From Selaginella moellendorffii (Eukaryota > Plantae > Lycopodiophyta): a DNA stretch of 64,000 bases. The position numbers and the translations under genes were made by a program. The DNA is taken from contig NW_003314293.1 in assembly GCF_000143415.4 (NCBI RefSeq), positions 651,763 to 715,762 of the forward strand, written 5' to 3'. The notes beneath the pieces are model-generated. The model saw only the letters and a list, made by a program, of their open reading frames with translations, did not search any database and had not been told where the DNA came from. The stretch's first letter is position 1. Each line of letters opens with the position of its first letter. Positions 26,775 through 37,235 of this stretch are shown piece after piece.

Positions 26775-28475
26775 TCAAGGGGAAAACTCCACGGAATAGA
26801 CCCTCTCCTCTTCACGGTTGCCAAAGTTGAGACGGCGAGCAGTCACCTCGATCATGGACCTCCCAAAGAACATACTCACTAGCACCGCCCGCCCTCGTCC
26901 CAGCTCCACGCCACTCGACACATCGATCCCGAAGCTCTCCTCCAGTGTGCTGCCCACCTCGGTCACAAACCTGGGATGATCTTTGATCGAGGTGTAGAGC
27001 TCCAGCCTGACCTTCTCCTGCTTGCTCCCGACTGGAGAAACGATCGTCTCGACCTTGGAGTCTTGAGGAACCGGCTGGTTCTTCCGGACGGAAACAAGGA
27101 AATTATTTTCACAGCACAGGTGGCCATCTTCGTCCACGAGCATATACTGGAGAGGATCTCCGACCTCGAAAGGACGAATGGAGCTCATGCCGTAAGTCCT
27201 CCTAGAGATCCTCGACAGGACGAGGCGATCGTCAAAGCCCAGCATCACAGCTCCATTGCAGATGGCGCTTCCAGGATTTGGAGGCACGAAAACCTTCGCG
27301 ACTCTCTCTTTGAACGCCTCCCTGACTCGCGTGACAAGGTAGGGGTTGTTCGCGAATCCACCGACGAGGAAGATGTATCTCACCTTGTCCGAGCTCCCGT
27401 CCAGCTGCTGCGAGATGAGATGGACGATCTTGTCGACCTCGGGATCAAACACGGCCTTGATATCGGTGGCGTTAAACTTGAGCTCATCGTACTCGCCATA
27501 GTCTCGTTCCACTCCAAGCTTTTCGTCGTGCTTCCTCCACGCTTTGGAGAGCTTGCCGGGGATGGTCCAGGTGCTAACAAAGTCCGGTGAGCCATCGAAG
27601 GAGCACTTGACTTGGAACCACCATTTCATGAGCTGCATTCGATTCTTGGCGAGCTTTACAAACTCCGGCAGGCATCCAATCTTCTCCGCGAGGAAGCTCA
27701 TCATGTTCTCGTCCACGAACGTTGCGCCACCTATGGCACCCGAGCAAGCGCTAGTCTCGCGGACCTTGACACCGTTTTGGAACGCTCGGGTGTGGACGAC
27801 AGTGTCGATGGTTCCACCACCGACGTCGGCAACCAGGAAAGTATCGTTTCTCTTGAACTTGAGCGAGTCTATGAGCTTTGTCTGGCAGTAGAAGGACGCG
27901 GCTTCCGGCTCGAGGATGATCTTGACGGGAAAGTCAGCGCTGCTGATCCCTGCTGCCTCGGCAAAGGTACGCATATTTTGTTTGGCAGCGTCGTCCCACA
28001 GGGCCGGAACCGTGAGGCACCACTGGACTTCTTCCTCACGGAAGAAGTTCTTATAGAGTTCTTTGAGCTGGAGCTTGGCAAAGGAAGAGATGCAACGGAG
28101 ATAATCGACTGTTACTTTCTCCACGCTGAGACCACGATGAAGAAGAAACCATGGAGGAAGAGGAGGAGAAGAAGAAGGTTGTGCCGGAGCTAGATGCAGC
28201 TTAAACTTGGTGACGAAGATGCTGCCCGAGTTGTGACGCTCGGCGTCGTGTCCCCAGTGCTGGAGCTCGAGAGATGGAGCGGACGAAGGCGATGGCCAGG
28301 AGGTTGAGTAGAGCAAGCTGGTTTGCGTCTTGCAATACGGCTTCGCTCCGACTTCTCTCTGGCTGGGCCATTCGTAGAAGGAGTGGATGTCGGATGGATT
28401 GGACCTGTGAGCAAAGGCGAATCCGGAGAAAGTAGTGCCGAAGTCGAGACCCACGACGTATTTTGGAGTGCTCAT
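26775..28475 (-). CDS. Atypical Hsp70 of the HSPA12 type, intronless
   Basis: VVGLDFGTTFSGFAFAH, KTQTSLLY, WCLTVPALWDDAAKQNMR, ILEPEAAS, VADVGGGTID, LVGGFANNPYL and SRISRRTYG. No EEVD tail. Confidence 0.88.
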   Translation of the reverse strand: MSTPKYVVGLDFGTTFSGFAFAHRSNPSDIHSFYEWPSQREVGAKPYCKTQTSLLYSTSWPSPSSAPSLELQHWGHDAERHNSGSIFVTKFKLHLAPAQPSSSPPLPPWFLLHRGLSVEKVTVDYLRCISSFAKLQLKELYKNFFREEEVQWCLTVPALWDDAAKQNMRTFAEAAGISSADFPVKIILEPEAASFYCQTKLIDSLKFKRNDTFLVADVGGGTIDTVVHTRAFQNGVKVRETSACSGAIGGATFVDENMMSFLAEKIGCLPEFVKLAKNRMQLMKWWFQVKCSFDGSPDFVSTWTIPGKLSKAWRKHDEKLGVERDYGEYDELKFNATDIKAVFDPEVDKIVHLISQQLDGSSDKVRYIFLVGGFANNPYLVTRVREAFKERVAKVFVPPNPGSAICNGAVMLGFDDRLVLSRISRRTYGMSSIRPFEVGDPLQYMLVDEDGHLCCENNFLVSVRKNQPVPQDSKVETIVSPVGSKQEKVRLELYTSIKDHPRFVTEVGSTLEESFGIDVSSGVELGRGRAVLVSMFFGRSMIEVTARRLNFGNREEERVYSVEFSP

Positions 28476-28830
28476 CGCGATTGTAGGGAACTTTGGACGC
28501 AAGAGAAAAGGATAGCACTGCTTATAAGTTAGCTCCTTCTTGCGAACTTGCAGTCACACTCGGCTGGGAAACTTAACTTTTGTGTTGGCCAAAAACAAGA
28601 TATAAATCGTATCAAATTTCGTTCGAGAGGATAGATAAAAACTTGGCAGCCTGTTATAAGCCGTTATCACCGATTAGTGTAGGCTTGTAGGCACGTCGGC
28701 TGAGAAAGTTTGAGCTTAATGTGGGAAGATTAAATACACATGCTGTTGTTTTAGAACCAAAGATGAAAAACTTACGAACTCGTTTTGGAGGCAAAGGTGA
28801 CAAGTTATGGTTTCATTGAGAGCCATTCTT

Positions 28831-30852
28831 TCACATTGGAGTGTATAAACGCGTGAGCTCTAGCCAGTTCCCTGCACTTTGTGGTGTTTGCTGCATGGGA
28901 AAACAGAATTTAGAAGGTATGACTGTAATGTTTGCTGTATAAATTAAAAAACCTGTAGTTTCTCTACATGGTGCTGAAAGATCCACACAGTGGGAGCAAG
29001 TGTGGCAGCGCAAAACCAGTGCTGGCACTGCACACAAAAGAATTGATAACCTTGCCTGATGGAAACTAATATATGCTCACTATCTTTTGATGAAGTTTGC
29101 TTGGATGCATGGCGCCATGGGTCCTGGGATCCGTTCAGAAACATAATTCTTGAACCTGCTCAACGTTTGATTGATCGAACCATTCGTACCAAGAAACACA
29201 AAGGTTTACCTGCGATGTTCCGACCACCATAGTACAAGTTGGTCGTTTTCACGTCTGGAAACGTTCCATTTCCAAACTGCTCAGAACAATAGTTTATAAA
29301 AAATCTGGAAGCCTTTTCTTTAATCCAGTGTGAAATTTTACTAAACGTACTTACTGTGTGTTGATACGAGAGGAACGAACGCTGCTCTTCCGATCGGATG
29401 CAACTTGAAAATATCCCACTTCGGTACAATATTGAAAATCCCAGCTCTCGTTATCTCGTTCGTTACCATTAGTATCGTTGTTAATTCTTTCCAAAATCTT
29501 TGCATATGTTTTCTGTAATAAAGCATTTCTACATATGTCTATTATGTGTATATATAAGTTTGCGTACCAATAGGTTCCTGTTGCTTTTCTCTGCTTTGAG
29601 CAAAGGATCACATAAGCCATCTATTTTACCATATTGTATCTGGAGTATAAACAACACATGATTATACATAAACGTTATACTGTATGATTCATACTTCGCC
29701 AGCTGCAGCATTTGCTACATAGTCAAGAAGGGTATCATCTGTAATCTGTAAAGAAGAAAACAAACACATGGAAATATTAACTGTCAAGATAATTGAGTTT
29801 CATTGGGTAAAGAAAATGATTACAGGCTTACGTACATTATCCTGTGGAGAGAAACCGAATAGATATTTTATTTCCGTTGCATTTTCTACTAAACCTTGCT
29901 CGGTTAGCCTGGTAATTTCTTGTAGTGCCTGCTTGCATTTTGGTCCGACAGACACTCCCAGCTAGGCAAAGAATTTATAGATAAAAACAGGAATTCATCC
30001 CAGCAGAAAAGATAAGAATATTAGAAACTATGTAACTTATTCTTACCTGCTTATCGTAAGCACTGTAGTCTAGGATTGCCTCTACCACGGCCGAGCTTGC
30101 CCAGCTGCCAGCAACAAGATGAGGAAATTTAAGCCTAAACCAAGCGCTCAAAGCACCCGCATATGAACCTCCTATAACAATCCATGGATTTTTTTCAGTT
30201 TTGTTATATTTCTGGTTGATCAAGTCCTGCCATTGAAAAGGGGAAATATATATTTTTCTTGACAAGAGAGGTACTTGCCTGATAGTAGTCTATAAACACA
30301 GCATGATCAAAGAGAGATTGTTTTGATGTTAGATACTTCAGGTTGTGGAGATTCAAATGCTGGAACGGTGAGCTGTGGCCATAGTAGCGATGCTCGACTG
30401 TAACAATTGCAGCTCCGAAAGATTCAGCCAGAGTCTGAAACGTAAGTAGTAATTATTTAGGATAATCATAGAAAGAAATATAACTCACCCCTACGTAAGT
30501 GGTAACGTAATTTCCTGTGCAAGTTGACTCCCCACACATCACTAGAAATATTGGCCCATTGCGAGGACGAAAGAAATCGAGAAGCTCTAAATACTTCTGA
30601 GAAAATACTCGTGGATCCTGAAACAGGAAAGAAAAATCAGAGGAAAGATGCGAACTATGACCACACCTCTGGAGCGAAATGGTCAAGCTTCTGCCTGGTA
30701 AAGAAATTTACAGTCTCCTTGCCTCTTGGAGGTGACCGCGAGCCCGCTGGTAGAAATTCCGGCTTGAAACCAAGCCGTGACGCGGGCACAAAGGCGCTGC
30801 TAAAGCTTGTGGAAGTTGCAAGTAGAACGAAACACACAAGCAACACTCTCAT
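28831..30852 (-). CDS. Serine peptidase S28 (EDA2/prolylcarboxypeptidase-like), multi-exon
   Basis: Signal peptide [58 protein letters not shown] and HCVDL. Confidence 0.9.
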
Positions 30853-31779
30853 CTTCTCTTCTCTAGCTGGAAGATATCGAGAACAAGTTTGCCTCAAGAA
30901 CAGACAATGGCGGCCTCGATATCTAGCCAATGCTCAATCTGTAAGAACCGACTTTGCCTTGAGCTTTTAAGCATACTATAGCGGACCACAGAGACCGTCA
31001 TGACTTTGACATTCTCTGGTCCTGGAAATCCACTAGAGGTGCTGGGCCTCCAACATGCATAAAAAGAGACAGCACAAGTTCCCGGTCAAAAGCTCACTTC
31101 CAGAACAAAGTCCCGGTCAAAAGTCCACTTCCATACAATAATACATGTTTTTCAGGTCTGTGAGCACCCATAAGACCACTGGGTACTGGGTCCATATGGT
31201 TCCCTCAATGAAAAAGAAGAATGGAAGATATTTACCAAGAAAAACATTCACTGTTTTGTTGTCAGCTTCAGCACCACCACTCGTGACCACTCTGTACAAT
31301 TGCTTGAAATTCACAGTGTCAAACAAAAAGGACAAAGTTCCTTATGGATTCAAAGCGGGTCCCATGACTGTCTCCATTGCTTTTGCCATCAAAATAGTTT
31401 TCCAAATAAAATTAGGTTATTCGTGGTCATGTAAGGCAAAGGCTGTTAACCTCCCCAATTATTACTCCTGAATAAACTAAAAGGAAGAAAACAATGAGTA
31501 GGAGCTTTCACTGTTGTTGCCAGGTTGAGCTCCACCACTCTGCACAACTGCTGAAATTCAGTGTCAAACAGAAAGAACAGTGCAGTACTGTTTCCAATTC
31601 GCATTACAGAAACGTGGTCGGCCTACGTAAATCAGGACGCATTTTTTTCATTAGATAAAAATCGTACATAACTTTTCTTGTTATTGGAGTTCCCTTTTGA
31701 AATACCACAAGTCAACATAGTCAATTTAGTCATAATCAACAACTCGTTATGCAGAACATTATTTATAAAATATTATTAG

Positions 31780-33720
31780 ACTACCCCAAGATGGATGCTG
31801 CGACATTGAAGTGGGAAGCTAGCACATGAGAGAATTGCGAGGAGCAAATCCTTTACCTTGCAAATCTTGTTGTATGGCAAGTGCAGGAGCATGGACGAGG
31901 CAAAGGCAGTGTTCCCCAATGATTTATGTTGGTCGTAGCATATGCCCAAAACAAGCATCTTTGTGAGGCCCGGTTTCCCATAGGAAGAATGCCGCGGCCA
32001 AGCGTGGTCGCGTTTACGACAACCATAGCCACTTTTCCAGCAAATCCGGTTTGACCATGCAAGAGTCATGCTGGATCAAATGCCGCAGCTCGACGTCGTG
32101 ACCTGGACCATGATGATCGTTGTGAATGCGGATTTGGCAGCGGCAAGAGATGTCTTCAATCGAATGCCGCAGCGGAATGTGGGTCGTGGACAGCGACTGT
32201 GTCGGCTCTCGCGCAAGCCGGATCTTATCGAGACCACATATGTTTTCAAGTGGGACACATGTCGAACTTCATATTAGTCCGCTTAAACAAGGCGACCTTG
32301 TTCTCAGCTGGAAACGGAGAGGATGGCTCTGAATTAGTCCCCTGACATAGGTTCCTTAAAACCTTCATGTGACCTTGTTTATAGCAACGCGATTTTTACA
32401 GATGTGCCCGCCCGAGATCATCAGACAGCCCGGTCTAAGCTTTGTTCCGGGCCATGAAAACGTAAGATCACGTCACCACCAAGCGTCAGCGTCCTGGTTA
32501 AACAGCATTTCAAAGAAACAAACGAACTTGTAGTTACAAGGCGAGCAAACTATCCTTGTTATTCCCACTCAACTTAGGGAAGGCTGCAGGATGGCTACAG
32601 CAACTATGACTACGAGATCGAAAGCCGCGAGGTGGAATGTGGCGCGGGAAGCTATGGGAGTGTGAGGCTTGGCGTGTACAGGGAACAGGCAGTGGCAGTG
32701 ACGAGCAACANNNNNNNNNNNNNNNNNNNNNNNNNNNNNNNNNNNNNNNNNNNNNNNNNNNNNNNNNNNNNNNNNNNNNNNNNNNNNNNNNNNNNNNNNN
32801 NNNNNNNNNNAAAGAGAGATCGAAGTGATGCGCTCACTGAAAAGTGAGTTCCGCGTTCCTCGGCCGCGTCCAAAGGGGCTGGAAAAGATATTTGATCGTA
32901 TGCACGTAATTTCTGGACAATGATGACCGAAGCTTATTTCCAGCAAAGCCGGTTTGATCAAGGAAGAGTTTTGCTAGATCAGATACCGCAGCTCGACCGC
33001 GTCGTGGCCTGGACTGCGATGATCGTCGCAAATGCACAAGAGATCTCTTCGATGGAATGCCGCAGCGTGATGTGGTGTCCTGGACTACAATGGAGGAAGC
33101 TATTCGACTCGATGCCACGGGAATCCCACATCTCTGTAAATGTCTCCCACCAAAGAATATTACATAGGCTTTGAAAGAGCAAGACTTAACTTTTGATTTC
33201 ACACTCCAGTTCTTGGCTTCTGTGAACTCGGAGGATGGCTCTGAACTGTCAAGTAAAACCTCCATGATCTTGTCGACAGCAGCACAATTGTTACTAATGT
33301 GGCCGAGTGCAATCTTATACACTTTGTCCGGGATCACCAGGCGTTATAGCGTCCTGGTTAAACACAGGAAAGCCAGCGGGATAAAGTATCTTGGACTATG
33401 GAGCATGGTCATCATTCCCATGGGCAACGAATGACTACGCGATCGCAAGCCGCGAGGTGGATCCAATGTGGTGCGGGAAGCTATGGCAGTGTGAGGCTAG
33501 GCGTGTACAGGTTTCAGAGAGCAGCATCCGAAGAGAAATCGAAGTGATGCGGTCACTCAAAGGTGAGTTGCTGAGCTCGTAGGGCGTGGTGATTGCCAGG
33601 GATTTGTGTGGCAGTCTTTTTAGTCTGCATGGCAGAGGCATCGCTCACGAGGATGTCAAGAGTGACGCTCTGAACTTCGGGATGAGGGCCAAGATGTGTG
33701 ACTTTGGCACCGCCAGGCTC
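31780..33720 (+). pseudogene. Mosaic of decayed fragments: two units of PPR piece (+), FtsH2 C-terminal piece (-) and kinase N-lobe piece (+)
   Basis: PPR pieces match the 35208 gene (MPQLDVVTWT). Kinase pieces match the 43781 gene (ECGAGSYGSVRLGVY; IAHEDVKSD..CDFGTAR). FtsH-like YKIALGHISNN..DKIMEVLL on the minus strand. Stops and frameshifts throughout. Confidence 0.8.
32711..32810. other. Assembly gap (100 N)
   Basis: Run of n. Confidence 1.
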
Positions 33721-33999
33721 TCAATCAGGGACACCATTACATCCAGCCAAGTGATGAGATGCACTTGGTGTGGCACGAGGATTGGAGCCATGCTCATAAG
33801 GTCATTCTTCAAGGTTGCATTGCAGGAAAGGAAACTAAACAACAAACTTTCCATCGTCATCGGATTTATGTTTCTACTTATTGGATCGAATAACTAACAG
33901 TGTTACTTACATTCTCAGTTTTTATTTCAGACAACCATCGCTTAAATATATTTCAAAAAATTACACCATCAGTGTTTACATCAGCTGGCTTTAGGAGGC

Positions 34000-35110
34000 T
34001 TTAGGAGTTACAGAATCTTTTGTATCAGAGTTCCGATCTTACGCGTGGAGAATAAATACGAGTCTTCCTTCCCCACAACTTTGCAACTGAGCTTGAAAGT
34101 TCACGATGCAGAGTTTGATACCTTTACGAGTCTAGAGCCTTCATCGACAATACAATCTCCCTAGACTTCCAGCTCACACAAGCCATTGCAATTGAGCTGC
34201 AATATATGTGGTGTTGACAGCAACTCGTCCTCTTGATCTCTGTCAAACGCATGGTGCCGGTGATAAGTTAAACTTGTGAGTGAGGAAGACCTGATTACCA
34301 CTGGCGATTTCAAAGTCTCACCCTCGGCAAGACCAAGAACCTTGAGCAGCCGACAACTGGATAAAAAACTAGAGAGTTCATCATTAGTCAAGCTGTTAAC
34401 CTTTCATAGTCTGTGCTCCTGTATGAAAGAGAAGCATGAGTTCGTGTGATCAAAAGTGTTCAACCATGACAAGCTCAACTTCTCAAGCCTGTTACAACCT
34501 ATAACTTACATAGCAGATGCTGCGGGCCAACTTCCAGCTTCGGAGAAGCTCGCACTAATGTTCGAGTAAATTCGACAGATGAATCAAGGTCATTCTCGTG
34601 AGACTTAGAAACGAAGGACTCAAAGTCCAGTTTTGAATGTTATATCTATCAGTCTCATGCTTGAGAGGTTTGGAAACCCATTCAAAATCTCAGTGGGATC
34701 AAACGCATTCAACCGTGAGAAGCTCATCTTCTCAAGCCTGTTACAACCTATAACTTTCACAGCAACGCCTTCTTGTTGATGAAAAACTATCTCTTTCAGA
34801 TGCTGCCAGCCACTGCGGCCATCAATAACTATAAAGTACTTCTAGCTTTGGAGAAGCTCACATTATGTTGCATATTCTCACAACTGAAATTCCAGAGATG
34901 ACTCAGGGCTAGTCTTATGAGGCTTGGAAATGAAGGGAACACAGGAAGTCCAGTTTTGAATCTCATATCCTTCAGTGTCATGTTTGAGAGGCTTGGAAAC
35001 ATTCAAAATCTTCCAAAACACAGAAACTTCATATATTGGTAGCCCAACCTCAAGGATGCTTAATGAATCTCTAGATTTGTGAAGCTTTGGCCAATCAACG
35101 CCAATCATAT
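34000..35110 (-). pseudogene. Decayed F-box/LRR-type leucine-rich-repeat gene fragment with internal duplication
   Basis: LTNDELSSFLSSCRLLKVLGL..IRSSSLTSL resembles F-box/LRR repeats. The string ttctcaagcctgttacaacctataactt occurs twice (about 34480 and 34729). Confidence 0.45.
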
Positions 35111-35207
35111 CCATAAAGCCGCAATGACAATCATGTTTGAACTATAATGTATAAACCTTATTGGATATTTTAGCATATTAAACACCCAAGCACTAAACTA
35201 CCATGTC

Positions 35208-36985
35208 ATGGGGTACGAGGATGGATGCTGCAACATTGAATACTATGCACAGATCGTCCGGGCGTGTGGCAATGCTGGAATCTTGTTGGAAGCTCGAAGA
35301 GTCCATGAGAGAATTGCGAGGAGTGCTCACTCACAAAGCCGCTACCTTGCAAATCTGGTCGTGGCTATGTATGGCAAATGTGGGAGTGTGGACGAGGCAA
35401 AGGGTGTTTTTGATCGCATTAGCCTCCCTAATGATTTCTCCTGGAATATGTTGGTCGTAGCGTATGCCCAAAACGGGCATTTGCGTGAGGCAAGATTGCT
35501 GATAGAAAGAATGCCGCGGCCAAGCGTGATCGCATTGACGGCCACCATAGCCGCTTGTGCGGAAGCTAAAAGAGTTCAAGAAGCTTTGGCTTTGTTTGAA
35601 TCAATGCCGGAGTGGAATGTGGTGGCCTGGAACACGATCATTCAGGCACTTGCCATGAACGGGGATCTACGAGGGGCTCGAGAGATGTTCGATCGCATGC
35701 CATTCAAGGACGTCATTTCCTGGACTACGATGACTGAAGCTTACTTCCAGCACTGCCGTTTCGACCAAGCAAGAGTTTTGCTGGGTCAAATACCGCAGCT
35801 CGACGTAGTCACCTGGACTGCGATGATCGTCGCAAATGCCGAGAGTGGGGATTTGTTATCCGCAAGAGATCTCTTCAATCGAATGCCGCAGCGGAATGTG
35901 GTGTCATGGACTGCGATGATGTCGGCGCTCGCCCAAGCCGGAGAGCTCATCGAGGCCAGGAAGCTCTTCGACTCGATGCCACAGCGGAACTCCATCTCTT
36001 TCAATGTGATGATCGTGGGCTACTCGCAGCAGGAAGATCTGAAAGAGGCGAAGGGGCTGTTTGACGCGGCGCCAGAGTGGGATCTCGTCGCCTGGACGGC
36101 GCTCCTCCAAGCCCAAGCGGCAAGAGGCAAGCTCCAGGACGCCATAGAACTCTTCGATGAGATGCCGCAGAGAGATGCCGTAGTGTGCACCGCCATGATC
36201 GCAGCCTACGCCAGCCATGGCCGCCTCGACGAAGCTCGAAGTATCTTCGACACCATGCACGAGAAAGATGCCATCGCGTGGACAGCGCTCACAGCAGCAT
36301 ATGCCCAGGCAGGGCATCTTGAGCACTCAAAGACCATGTTTGATTCCATGCCCTTACAGGACACTGTGGTGTGTACGGTGATGGTGGCGGCGTACGGCGA
36401 CAGTGGCGACGTGCTCGCCGCCAGGAGCGTGTTTGAGAAAATGCCCGTCAAGTGTACAGCTGCCTGGAACGCGGTCGTACAGGCCTATGCCCAGCGGGGG
36501 CATATGCTGGACTTTCGGAAGCTCTTGGCCAGGATGCCCGAGCACGACACCGTGTCTTGGAACACGGCCATCCAGGCGAATGCCCAGAACGGGCACAGCT
36601 GCGCGGCTTTGGAATCCTTTCGGGCGATGCTGCTGGAGGGATTCCGGCGGATGAGCTGAACTTCAGTGCGGTTCTCGCGGCTTGCAGTCACATTGGCCAT
36701 GTTGAAAGCGCGCGGGATCTTTTTGTGTCCATGGCACTAGATCACGATGTTGCGGCGATGTTGGATCACTACGACTCGGTGGTGGACGTGCTGGGGCGCG
36801 CTGGGCGAGTGGAGGAGGCCAGGGAGCTCGTCGCCACCATGCCATTTCTTCCGGATGCTGTGGCGTGGACGACGCTGCTGGGTTCTTGCAAGAAGAACCG
36901 GATCAAAGCCGCGGAGGTGGCTGGAAACGCGCACAAGCTCAATCCAACAAGCTCGGCACCTTTTGTCTTGTGGATTGGTAGCTAG
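35208..36985 (+). pseudogene. PLS-class PPR gene with a 1-nt frameshift near 36640 before the L2-S2-E region
   Basis: The 483-aa PPR ORF ends LLEGFRRMS*. Another frame continues GIPADELNFSAVLAACSHIG..HYDSVVDVLGRAG..MPFLPD..W. Confidence 0.82.
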
Positions 36986-36991
36986 TCGCGA

Positions 36992-37098
36992 AGTTTTTCG
37001 AGGAAGAAGGAATGCGGAGTTTGTTCTTAAGAGGTGGCAAAGTGTTTTCGAGGAAGAAGGTTCTTAAAAGGTGGCAAAGTGTTTTCGAGGTAGAAGAA
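36992..37098. repeat. Tandem repeat (~37 nt: GTTTTCGAGGAAGAAGG-TTCTTAA.AGGTGGCAAAGT)
   Basis: Three partial copies seen directly. Confidence 0.75.
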
Positions 37099-37235
37099 AT
37101 GTGGAGTTTGAGAGAGGTTGGGTCACCAAAGTCCTGTAAAGAAGAAGAAAGCAAAGTTTTCAAGGAAGAAAGATGGATGGCTGGCTGTTTCGATAGATCT
37201 CCCGCTTCCATCTCACGAGCAATCCATGAGGGCGG

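Noticed and set aside
36992-37098. Repeat array resembling CRISPR
   Set aside because: Eukaryotic context, no unique spacers of regular length and no cas genes; simple tandem duplication.
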